Shown: in pieces, positions 1 to 8,112 of the stretch
How the letters are laid out: every line of letters begins with the position of its first letter
Position numbering within the stretch: position 1 is the first letter of the stretch
IMG/VR virus record: IMGVR_UViG_3300037783_000043
Coordinates: 1 to 45,936 of that record
Length of the DNA: 45,936 bases
Source of the DNA: a virus
Taxonomy: Duplodnaviria; Caudoviricetes
Strand: one strand, 5' to 3'
Notes under the pieces: model-generated
Told to the model about the DNA's origin: nothing
Seen by the model: only the letters and a program-made list of their open reading frames with translations
Databases searched by the model: none
Position numbers and translations under genes: made by a program

Positions 1-127
1 CAATTCGCCAAGTCTGCGCAGTCCGAGATTGACCGGTGGCGCCGGAAGACCGGCCAGCAGATCCGGAAAGTGAACCGATGAACCCGAACCATTTATTGGA
101 AAAAGGGGTCCGCGATGCATGCAGGGC
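1..127. repeat. Terminal direct repeat (copy 1), circular assembly overlap
   Basis: 1-127 is identical to 45810-45936. 127 nt equals a common assembler k-mer, and the repeat falls inside coding sequence. Confidence 0.95.
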
Positions 128-539
128 TCACTACAAATACGGCCATCCTCGAGTTGCCAGAGGCGTGGCAGATCAGGGCGGGTTCTACTCGGCTATTGAT
201 ATCGGAAACCCGAAGATCGGAAAGCGGACGGTTCCATTCACACTGATCTCCACTGGCGATGCCGAATCCATTGTTCCAGGCCTCGCCAATTACCGGCTGG
301 ACCTGACCATCAGTTTCATGACATCGAGCTCAGACAACAGTCTGCAGCAGCATGAAGACTGGGCAGCCGCTTTGGGGGACTGGATCGATACTGAGGCATG
401 GATTGATTATCTGAAGGACAATGGAATCTGCCTCATATACAAGCCAATTGTGGCGCTCGGAAGCTCGCTTGAAGTGTCTGAAGAAGGCCTGTGGGCAACC
501 AACTGGATGTATCAACTGGTGATGTGCCCGCTGGTGTGA
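78..539 (+). CDS. Putative tail terminator / tail completion protein
   Basis: ATG at 78 overlaps the stop of the preceding gene across the circular junction. 153 aa, immediately upstream of the tail tube genes; assigned by position. Confidence 0.55.
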   Translation: MNPNHLLEKGVRDACRAHYKYGHPRVARGVADQGGFYSAIDIGNPKIGKRTVPFTLISTGDAESIVPGLANYRLDLTISFMTSSSDNSLQQHEDWAAALGDWIDTEAWIDYLKDNGICLIYKPIVALGSSLEVSEEGLWATNWMYQLVMCPLV

Positions 540-569
540 ACCGTTGACTTGCAAAGGAAATAAAGAGGG

Positions 570-1058
570 ATGGCCAGACAAAACGGATACGCAGTTGCTT
601 ACGGTGTGTGCATCGCCGGGGCGACCCCATACATCAAAGATTCGGGGGCTGCTGATTATTACCTGGCCCAGCTCGTTCAATCAGCTGATCTCCGAGAGGA
701 GCCGATCGATGTCAAAGAATTCCGGGATACGAATGGAGTCATAAGAACGAAGGTCATCAATGGCACTCGCAGACGGGTCACTCTGACGTTGATCCCCACG
801 AACGCAACCGCCGGTGCCAGCGGTGGAATTAATGACGCCGAGGCTTATGTCAAGCTGCCTCCCGTCGGGGAAATCATGACCCTCATCGGATTTCAAGGAG
901 ACAGCGTCACGACCGGACCATTTAACCGAAACGAATGGATCTATGAAGGCAGGGGAAGAGTCATCGCAACAAATGACGACGCCGTGAGGCTCGAGGTGGA
1001 ACTGGAACAAATCTACGACTCAGACGGCACATTCGTCAGTCTGACTGAAACGACTTAA
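570..1058 (+). CDS. Putative tail tube (major tail) protein, paralog 1
   Basis: 162 aa, alternating beta-strand patterns (RRRVTLTLIP, VRLEVELEQ), located between terminator and chaperone/tape measure; clearly homologous to the next two ORFs. Confidence 0.65.
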   Translation: MARQNGYAVAYGVCIAGATPYIKDSGAADYYLAQLVQSADLREEPIDVKEFRDTNGVIRTKVINGTRRRVTLTLIPTNATAGASGGINDAEAYVKLPPVGEIMTLIGFQGDSVTTGPFNRNEWIYEGRGRVIATNDDAVRLEVELEQIYDSDGTFVSLTETT

Positions 1059-1069
1059 AGACTGATTTT

Positions 1070-1555
1070 ATGGCAAAACAGAACGGCTTCGCAATCGCCT
1101 ACGGTGTCTGTAACAACGGATCTGCCGGCACCATTGAGGACTCACTTGCGGCAACTTTTTACAACGCGCAGCTCGTGCAAAGCATGGATATGCGCGAGGA
1201 GCCAACGGACTCACAGGACTTCAAGAACTGCCACGGTGAAGTGGCTACCAAAGTCATTTCCGGATCGCGGAGGGTCATCACCGTTACTCTGATTCCAACC
1301 AATGGTTCCGCCGGTGCGGCCGGTGGTATTGCTCTGGCCGAAGATCAGGTCAAGCTCCCGGACATCGGCGCTGTCCTGACTCTGGATGGATTCAAAGGCG
1401 CAGCTGACGATGCGGCACCAATCAATGGTGACTGGACATACCAGGGCAATGGCCGGGTCATCCTCGCAAATGACGATGCTGTCCGCTTGGAAGTCGAACT
1501 TGAGCAGAATTACGACGCATCCGGTACCGCCGTGGATCTGTCGGAAACCGATTAA
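1070..1555 (+). CDS. Putative tail tube protein, paralog 2
   Basis: 161 aa, full-length similarity to both neighbours (MAKQNGFAIAYGVC, AQLVQSMDMREEP, NDDAVRLEVELEQ). Confidence 0.65.
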   Translation: MAKQNGFAIAYGVCNNGSAGTIEDSLAATFYNAQLVQSMDMREEPTDSQDFKNCHGEVATKVISGSRRVITVTLIPTNGSAGAAGGIALAEDQVKLPDIGAVLTLDGFKGAADDAAPINGDWTYQGNGRVILANDDAVRLEVELEQNYDASGTAVDLSETD

Positions 1556-1568
1556 CTTTTGAACTGAT

Positions 1569-2060
1569 ATGGCAAAACAAAACGGATTCGCAATCGCCTA
1601 TGGCGTTTGCATCAATGGCTCAGCCGGGACCATCAAAGATGATGAGGCAATACCGGCAACATTTTACAACGCGCAGCTCGTCCAGAGCATGGATATGCGC
1701 GAGGAGCCGACCGACTCACAAGATTACAAGGACTGCCATGGGACCGTCAGGTCCAAGGTGATTTCCGGATCCCGCCGTGTCGTAACGGTAACCCTCATCC
1801 CTACAAACGGAACCGCCGGGGCCAGCGGTGGAATCGCTTCGGCTGAGGACATGGTCAAGCTGCCCGCCATTGGTGATGTCATCACACTCGCCGGGTTCCA
1901 GGGGCCGACGACAACAACTGGTGAAATCAATGGTGACTGGACATACCAGGGCAATGGCCGGGTCATCCTCGCAAATGACGATGCAGCACGACTCGAGGTT
2001 GAACTCGAGCAGAACTACAACGCCGCCGGCACCGCAATCGATCTCAGCCCGACCACATGA
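1569..2060 (+). CDS. Putative tail tube protein, paralog 3
   Basis: 163 aa, most similar to paralog 2. Confidence 0.65.
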   Translation: MAKQNGFAIAYGVCINGSAGTIKDDEAIPATFYNAQLVQSMDMREEPTDSQDYKDCHGTVRSKVISGSRRVVTVTLIPTNGTAGASGGIASAEDMVKLPAIGDVITLAGFQGPTTTTGEINGDWTYQGNGRVILANDDAARLEVELEQNYNAAGTAIDLSPTT

Positions 2061-2085
2061 AACATTGATTGAGCCGCTGTGATGA

Positions 2086-2751
2086 ATGAAGCGGACGGTT
2101 CAATCATGGGCACGGTGTCAGATATTTCGGCCGAGGGAAGTCCTGGGAATACCACTCAGGCCGTTCTCCCTCGGCCATTTCCTTATCCTGGCTCACTCCG
2201 AAAGCCCATTCATATTCGGGGGACCGATTGGAGACGGCGATTTCATATTCGCGGTCAACATCTGCTCTCGGACATACAAGCAGTGCCTGGAATGGATTTA
2301 CTGGCGCGACTTTGAGTCAGAGGCAACGGATGATTTTGTTCAGAAGGATGTCACCCACAATCAATACGAGCAGGCATTGGAGTTCTTCCGGGACTACCTG
2401 ACAGAGGCTCTTCATCCGCCGCCATACGTCTCCACCAACGACGGTGACCCGACCCGGGCTGGCGCACCATGGGTGCAGACGATGAAGGTCAGTCTCATGA
2501 AAAACCTGCACATGACGGAATCGCAGATTCTCGATCAGTGGCTTCTGAAATCTCAATACGACTGGTTCAGCATTCTGGAACAGAACGATCCGAAGAAATT
2601 CAGGCTGAAAAATGAATCAGACTTCGATGCCGATGAAATGCCGACCCTGACCAAAGAGCAGATGATGGATTGCGTGCAGCGAGGGATGGCAGTCGACGAT
2701 TACATACAAAAGCTGAAGGAAGGGACACTGGATAGTGGCAACGGAGATTAA
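2086..2751 (+). CDS. Putative tail assembly chaperone
   Basis: Helical 221-aa ORF between tube and tape measure genes; assigned by position. Confidence 0.55.
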   Translation: MKRTVQSWARCQIFRPREVLGIPLRPFSLGHFLILAHSESPFIFGGPIGDGDFIFAVNICSRTYKQCLEWIYWRDFESEATDDFVQKDVTHNQYEQALEFFRDYLTEALHPPPYVSTNDGDPTRAGAPWVQTMKVSLMKNLHMTESQILDQWLLKSQYDWFSILEQNDPKKFRLKNESDFDADEMPTLTKEQMMDCVQRGMAVDDYIQKLKEGTLDSGNGD

Positions 2752-5347
2752 GGCACGGATGACGCTAAACAATTCGGGGTTCACCTCCGGATTGAAACGG
2801 TCACAGCAACAACTGGACGGATTCGCAAAGTCCATCCGAGGCATCGGTGCGACCATCGCCGGCGCATTGGCTGTCAGGGAGATCACCGATCAACTTGGAA
2901 GGCTCGTCGACCGTGCCACAGAGATCCGGGACCGGTCTGCAGAGATCGGGGTCGACACGCAGAGCTTTCAGAAGTTGCAGTTCTTCCTTGAGCAGTCATC
3001 CGGGCGCAGTGAGCAGCTTTCCAGCGCATTTCGATCCATCGCACGAAATCGCGAGCGGGCGCTTGCCGGAGATGCCGGACTGCTTCGCGCATTCGACCAG
3101 CTGAACATCTCAGCGGAGAGGCTTCAGAATGCCCGGGTCGAGGACATATTTTTCGACATCGCCAACGCGGTCCGAACCACGGACACGCAGTCCATCATCG
3201 ATCCGCTCACGCGCATTGCCGAGACCGAGGTCACCAAGATCATCCCGGCACTCAAAACGGATCTTCAGGCGCTGTTCGATGAGGCGGAATCCAGAGGGGT
3301 TCTCATATCCGATGAGGAGATCGCCAAAATATCAGCACTTGGGGATCAGTTGCTGACACTCAAACGGCAGTTTCAGTCTCTGGCCGCTGATGTTGGGACT
3401 CCAGCCATCGAGGGAATTACGAACCTGGTGAGGGGCTTACAGGATGTTCTGTCACGCTACAATCGGAGTGCGGACGATCTGCTTTCAGCTGCTGATGCTT
3501 TCAAACCTTTGGATCAGATCGATCCGAAAAACACCGAAACGAAGCAGGTCATAAAGCAGTCCCTGGATCAGTCGACGGATCTTCGGGACCAGCTGATCGT
3601 CAAACTCGTCGAGGATGCCATCGGGGACCGTGATCGCGACCGGGTAATTCAGAGAGCAGAAGAAATCAAAGTCGCTCTGGGTGAACAATTCGAAGCCCTT
3701 GAACTTGACGACGATGGGCTTATCCGGTCCAACAAGGATCTGGAAGTGGCCCTGAATGCCGCTGTCCGATCACTGACTTCCCAGGACTTTCAGAGGGCCA
3801 GGCTTTCGATCGCGACCGGTGGCCGGGATGTCGGGAAAGTCATCCGTGACCAGAGGCAGGGGACGGACCAGGTCCAGCTCGATGCCATCAGGATCGCGGT
3901 CGGTGATGAACGGTTCGAGGAAATATTTCAAAGCATCCAGGACGGCGGACTCGAGATCGGTGAAGCCCTCCAGGATGCGATCAGATCCATCCAGAGAGCT
4001 GCAGTTGAGCGGGGAGTTCAGGCAGCACAGCTTTCCAGAGAGGATCGACTGGTTTCATCACTGGGGACAGTCCAGATCCAGCCGCTCGAAACCGCACTCT
4101 TTGAGCAGTCACTTCAGCGGATCATCGATGAGTCAGCGGCCAGACTTCGGGAGCTCCAGCAAATTGTCCAGGCATCGCCGGCATTGCGTGAATCGGTTCA
4201 GCCAGAAGTATCCAGGCTGACGGACACAAGCTCACTGGCATCAGAAGCACTGACTCGCATCGAGAATGAGCGCATCCGGATCAACGACCTGGCACTCGGG
4301 GAAATCCCTGGGCAGATCCGTCAAGGACTGACCGGTGAATTCCAGCAGGCATCGAGAAGCGCACTGGCAGTTGGGGAAGACCGACTGGCCAAGTCCATCA
4401 TCAGCGACCGGCGCCGGCAGCGGGACAGAGATCAGCAGTCTACCCAGATCGATGAGCTCAGGCAATTTCTGACCATCCCTGAGTCGGTCGAGCAGACAGT
4501 GACAAGACGACTGGACTTCGATGGCCAGCCGGTCACTCCAGAGGATGTTGAGTTCACAGCGACCCAGAACTTTCAAACTCAGGGCGAGCCGGCAACAGTC
4601 CAGGATCAGCAGATCGATCTGGTTCAGCGATACAGATCCGAAGGCCAGCCAGCGGCCATCGAAGACCAGGAAGCGACGGCAACCCAGCGGGTAATCACTG
4701 ATGATCAAACTGTGGAGGTCGATTCACCTTCTGATTCCGAAGCTATTCAGACCATCCGCACTGACGATCAGACTGAACAGATTCCTGCTCCTGAAGATTC
4801 AGTCGCCACTCAGACGATTCGAACTGAGAAAGAAGTTCAGACTGAGGATGAACCTGTAATTCCAGATTCACCCAGGACTGACCCGGAACAGAAGAAAACT
4901 AAGTTCGAAGAATTCGTCGACGAGTCTGGGGTCCCAAAACTCAAAGTCACTCCAGTGACACGAACTGTCACCTTGGAAGAGCGTGGTGTTCAGAGGAAGC
5001 AGAAGGAAGATCCGGCAAAGCCAGACAAACAGGAAGTCGCCCGGGAAACCGACCCGCAGCAGGAGTCTGAAGCGGACGCCGAACAGCAAAAGATCCAGCA
5101 GTCATTGCGCGACAAGACGCTGTCGGAGCTCAAGAGCGAAAACCGCACCTTTGACTTTGACCGCCAGAGAGTGATCCCGGATCTCCAGCGGGCAGGGATA
5201 TTCTCCCGTGGATTCGTCGATAACAATCCTGGATTCGAGGCCCAGAACAGGCAGCTGGCTGAGGCCCAGAAACAGACACAGCTCCTCCAGCAGAATAACC
5301 AGATCCTGAACCGAATCGCCGCGCAAAGACCGGTTGTCCGCCAGTAA
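2735..5347 (+). CDS. Tail tape measure protein
   Basis: 870 aa, helical and A/L/Q/R-rich, typical N-terminus (IKARMTLNNSGFTSGL...GATIAGALAV) and C-terminus (QLAEAQKQTQLLQ...IA). Confidence 0.85.
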   Translation: MATEIKARMTLNNSGFTSGLKRSQQQLDGFAKSIRGIGATIAGALAVREITDQLGRLVDRATEIRDRSAEIGVDTQSFQKLQFFLEQSSGRSEQLSSAFRSIARNRERALAGDAGLLRAFDQLNISAERLQNARVEDIFFDIANAVRTTDTQSIIDPLTRIAETEVTKIIPALKTDLQALFDEAESRGVLISDEEIAKISALGDQLLTLKRQFQSLAADVGTPAIEGITNLVRGLQDVLSRYNRSADDLLSAADAFKPLDQIDPKNTETKQVIKQSLDQSTDLRDQLIVKLVEDAIGDRDRDRVIQRAEEIKVALGEQFEALELDDDGLIRSNKDLEVALNAAVRSLTSQDFQRARLSIATGGRDVGKVIRDQRQGTDQVQLDAIRIAVGDERFEEIFQSIQDGGLEIGEALQDAIRSIQRAAVERGVQAAQLSREDRLVSSLGTVQIQPLETALFEQSLQRIIDESAARLRELQQIVQASPALRESVQPEVSRLTDTSSLASEALTRIENERIRINDLALGEIPGQIRQGLTGEFQQASRSALAVGEDRLAKSIISDRRRQRDRDQQSTQIDELRQFLTIPESVEQTVTRRLDFDGQPVTPEDVEFTATQNFQTQGEPATVQDQQIDLVQRYRSEGQPAAIEDQEATATQRVITDDQTVEVDSPSDSEAIQTIRTDDQTEQIPAPEDSVATQTIRTEKEVQTEDEPVIPDSPRTDPEQKKTKFEEFVDESGVPKLKVTPVTRTVTLEERGVQRKQKEDPAKPDKQEVARETDPQQESEADAEQQKIQQSLRDKTLSELKSENRTFDFDRQRVIPDLQRAGIFSRGFVDNNPGFEAQNRQLAEAQKQTQLLQQNNQILNRIAAQRPVVRQ

Positions 5348-5350
5348 ACC

Positions 5351-6445
5351 ATGAAATATCTGACCGATACAGGAAACGCCAACGCCGTCCAGATCCAGAA
5401 GAATGTCATCTACGACACCGCTGGAGGCAGGACCGTCGAGGAATACGTGATGGACCCGGCGGACAAGGCGTCATTCTATGCCGGGACATTGGCTCCATAC
5501 ACGTCATCGTCAGCGCCATTCGCACTGCCGGCATCATCCGTCGAGGAGCGTCAGGAGGACGGGGTGCTTTATGTAACCATCACCAGGGACTTCGGTTATG
5601 ATGCTTCCGGCGCCGCGGTCGACCCGACAACCGATGACCTTGTGGTGCAGGTCGAGATCATTTCGCAGGAGGGGTGGGATACTTTGACTCAGATCCCATA
5701 CCTTCGAGCCAACCCGATCACCAGTTACCCGGACTCGACCGGTCAGACCGATGCAAACCTGCTGAAGAATATCCGGCTTCGCGTTCTGATCGAACTCCTT
5801 TCAACGCCGAGGTCACAGCGGCCAGCATTGAACGACTCCCATATTCCACTGGTTGCGGCCGTGTCGCCGTCAGCTTCTCCGGCTTGGGCAAAATTCCTTG
5901 AGCTGGCCGGCACTTTGGATGGTGTCGACCTGGACGCGGAAGTCACCGTCGATTCCAAGGACAGATTCACTTTTGGGCGCGGTGAATCAGATGTCAGCGC
6001 CAATCTCAATGAGTCCTGGAACCTGCCAATTCCTGTGGCATGGCTGCTTGGAGGGAACCAGAACGGCACTCCATCTGATCTGCTCAACTCAGGGTCGAGC
6101 TGGCCTGAATTCGATGTCTATGCGCATGCATACAAATTCGGCATCGAGGAGATTTACAAGTTCGACACGATCCTCCGAAAAAACGTGACTCGGTCCAACG
6201 CCTTTGCCGCTCAGGCATCGCTTGTGAATGTCGGAAAGGCCTTCACGCACGCCAACATATTCACTGAGCTTGGGGTCGCCTCGGGTGCTTTGAAGTTCGC
6301 ATTCAGCGCAGACTTCACTGGCTCATACTGGATCAAGCTGGCGCCGCAGATCCGGTGGACGGGCGGAGGAAACTTCCAAATCCAGCAGGACTACATCAAC
6401 ACGTCCGGTGCACAATTCAACTCCTACTTCTACTCACTCGCATGA
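5351..6445 (+). CDS. Putative tail tip / distal tail protein
   Basis: 364 aa directly after the tape measure gene; assigned by position. Confidence 0.5.
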   Translation: MKYLTDTGNANAVQIQKNVIYDTAGGRTVEEYVMDPADKASFYAGTLAPYTSSSAPFALPASSVEERQEDGVLYVTITRDFGYDASGAAVDPTTDDLVVQVEIISQEGWDTLTQIPYLRANPITSYPDSTGQTDANLLKNIRLRVLIELLSTPRSQRPALNDSHIPLVAAVSPSASPAWAKFLELAGTLDGVDLDAEVTVDSKDRFTFGRGESDVSANLNESWNLPIPVAWLLGGNQNGTPSDLLNSGSSWPEFDVYAHAYKFGIEEIYKFDTILRKNVTRSNAFAAQASLVNVGKAFTHANIFTELGVASGALKFAFSADFTGSYWIKLAPQIRWTGGGNFQIQQDYINTSGAQFNSYFYSLA

Positions 6446-6699
6446 TGAAACCAACTATCCAGGAACTGCAGGCGATGCCTGCTGAACAGGTCATTGAAAA
6501 ACTGTCAGGCCAAATTCCAAACTGGCCAGAAATCAGAAAGCGGCACTTCAGACCGTCGAGCCTCAAAGCCATCGCCATCGATGAATACTCGAAGTTGAAC
6601 AAGTCCGAACCATTGAAAACCGACGACAAGCCAAAGACCGATGCTAAAGCTCCCGAGACCAATCCAGTCAAACAGCCCGCTGACACCGGTGATAAATGA
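6442..6699 (+). CDS. Hypothetical protein
   Basis: ATG overlaps the upstream stop (ATGA); 85 aa with a K/P/D-rich tail. Confidence 0.6.
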   Translation: MMKPTIQELQAMPAEQVIEKLSGQIPNWPEIRKRHFRPSSLKAIAIDEYSKLNKSEPLKTDDKPKTDAKAPETNPVKQPADTGDK

Positions 6700-6856
6700 G
6701 ATCATCCGCGCAATGCAGATGTTCGTGCCCATGGACGGGCGCAATACCACGGTGCGGCGGTCAGCCAACGGATTCTCGATCGACGTGAAAAACTCACCGC
6801 CGGGCCGAAAGGAAGGCGGCGGGAGCTCTGGGTCTGTCATCGCTCGCTGGCAGTGA
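6641..6856 (+). CDS. Small tail-region protein
   Basis: 71 aa (PVINEIIRAM...GRNTTVRRSANGFSID); lies in the tail operon. Confidence 0.55.
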   Translation: MLKLPRPIQSNSPLTPVINEIIRAMQMFVPMDGRNTTVRRSANGFSIDVKNSPPGRKEGGGSSGSVIARWQ

Positions 6857-6866
6857 AAAAATCCGC

Positions 6867-6895
6867 TTGACCTATCGCCCTGTCGTGCCGATGGT
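6867..6895 (+). promoter_or_regulatory. Sigma70-like promoter candidate (leaderless start at 6902)
   Basis: A-tract, TTGACC, 17 nt, GATGGT, 6 nt, GTG; same architecture as 14197-14225. Confidence 0.4.
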
Positions 6896-6983
6896 TATCT
6901 CGTGAGCAAGGACCGGAACCCAAGCTCACCTAGGAAAGCAAACATGTGTCACTTCACATCAGTCTTCAATTTGTGCCCGACTT

Positions 6984-7400
6984 ATGTTGGTTTGGGAGGT
7001 CGTTTGCACCTTCCAGTTCCGGCCAGCATATGCTCGGGCTCCATTGTTGGAGCACAAAGTGTCTACTCAAACTCCGGGACATGATACCGTCCCATTCCCC
7101 CAAGAAACTCACATCGATCTCTGCATCTCCCTCAGCCACGAACTTTTCCGTGGCGCTGTGGCGATGGCAGCAGTTCACCATCAATCCCTCAGTGACTACG
7201 TGGCGGAGTGCATCCGCTTCAGCACGCCTCCACTGAGCGACTCAACACCGCACACGTGGGCCGCGCTGGCATCACTCCAGCCTCATCAGGTCACAGAACT
7301 CACACGCAGGGCCAACTTCAACGACGCCCATCCGGAAATCGCCATTCAGCGATTTGTCACCCGCTCACATTACGAGTCCGTCGGTCTGGCGGCTCTCTGA
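6984..7400 (+). CDS. Ribbon-helix-helix-like protein, paralog of 16897-17214
   Basis: IDLCISLSHELFRGAVAMAAVHHQSLSDYVAECI fits the RHH strand-helix-S-helix pattern and aligns with the 16897 ORF over about 90 aa. Start uncertain (ATG 6984 or GTG 7059). Confidence 0.65.
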   Translation: MLVWEVVCTFQFRPAYARAPLLEHKVSTQTPGHDTVPFPQETHIDLCISLSHELFRGAVAMAAVHHQSLSDYVAECIRFSTPPLSDSTPHTWAALASLQPHQVTELTRRANFNDAHPEIAIQRFVTRSHYESVGLAAL

Positions 7401-7411
7401 ACCATTGATTT

Positions 7412-7434
7412 GCCGGCCCCTTCTCGGGGCTGGC
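7412..7434 (+). other. GC-rich hairpin immediately upstream of the HNH ribosome binding site
   Basis: GCCGGCCCC-ttctc-GGGGCTGGC followed by GGAAAGGA and ATG 7447; no U-tract. Confidence 0.5.
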
Positions 7435-7446
7435 GGAAAGGACTTT

Positions 7447-8112
7447 ATGGACAAAGAGAAGATCAAACAGAGGATCCTCGATAACGTGAAGCACGAAGCC
7501 GGGCCACTCGATACGCCTTGCTGGATTTGGCAGAGAGGAAAAACCCCAGATGGATACGGTCTTACTAGTGTTAAGAATAAGACAACAAGAGTGCATAGGC
7601 TTGCATTTACAGTATTTTACAATACAGACATAAGCGGATTATTAGTATGCCATAAATGCGATAACCCTTCGTGCTGTAATCCTTCGCATTTATTTTCAGG
7701 GACAAACGCTGATAATTCTGATGATAAAGTAAAGAAGGATCGACACACGAAAGGCACGCAGCAGTGGAAGTCCATTTTTACAGAAAACGATGTTCTTGAA
7801 GTAATTAAAATGTATAATGATGGTTATTCCGTTGTTCATATATCTGAAAAATACAATTGTTCATTGGATGCTGTTAGAAGCATACTTCACGGAAAAACAT
7901 GGAAGCACATAGTTGATGCCCCAATTAAGGGCAAGATTCATAGGCGGCATTCTATTCGCTCGGGAATTGACGAGTCAAAAGTCAGGGATATTTTAATTGC
8001 TTATAAGTTAAATGGCGAAAAAATCATAGACATATCAAGAAGGATGGGGCTTGAATATTGCAATGTTTACAATGTTGCGAAAAGAAAAACTTGGAAGCAC
8101 GTAAAAATATAA
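7447..8112 (+). CDS. HNH homing endonuclease (HNH_3 / I-HmuI-like) with C-terminal HTH repeats
   Basis: CWIW, GYG, VHRLAF, VCHKCDNPSCCNPSHLFSGTNADN; two C-terminal repeats ending KTWKH; markedly AT-rich. Confidence 0.92.
   Translation: MDKEKIKQRILDNVKHEAGPLDTPCWIWQRGKTPDGYGLTSVKNKTTRVHRLAFTVFYNTDISGLLVCHKCDNPSCCNPSHLFSGTNADNSDDKVKKDRHTKGTQQWKSIFTENDVLEVIKMYNDGYSVVHISEKYNCSLDAVRSILHGKTWKHIVDAPIKGKIHRRHSIRSGIDESKVRDILIAYKLNGEKIIDISRRMGLEYCNVYNVAKRKTWKHVKI

Noticed and set aside
1-127. Biological terminal repeat (T7-like DTR)
   Set aside because: The length equals a standard assembler k-mer, it falls in the middle of neck genes, and the GpA-type terminase points to cos ends elsewhere.
2086-2751. 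Programmed G/GT frameshift in the tail chaperone
   Set aside because: A single ORF spans the entire gap to the tape measure gene, so no frameshift is needed and no second frame was evident.
6857-8112. Group I intron carrying the HNH
   Set aside because: Flanking ORFs have their own stop and start, the HNH stop abuts the next ATG leaving no room for a 3' core, and I could not find P7-type elements. A covariance search is needed to exclude it fully.
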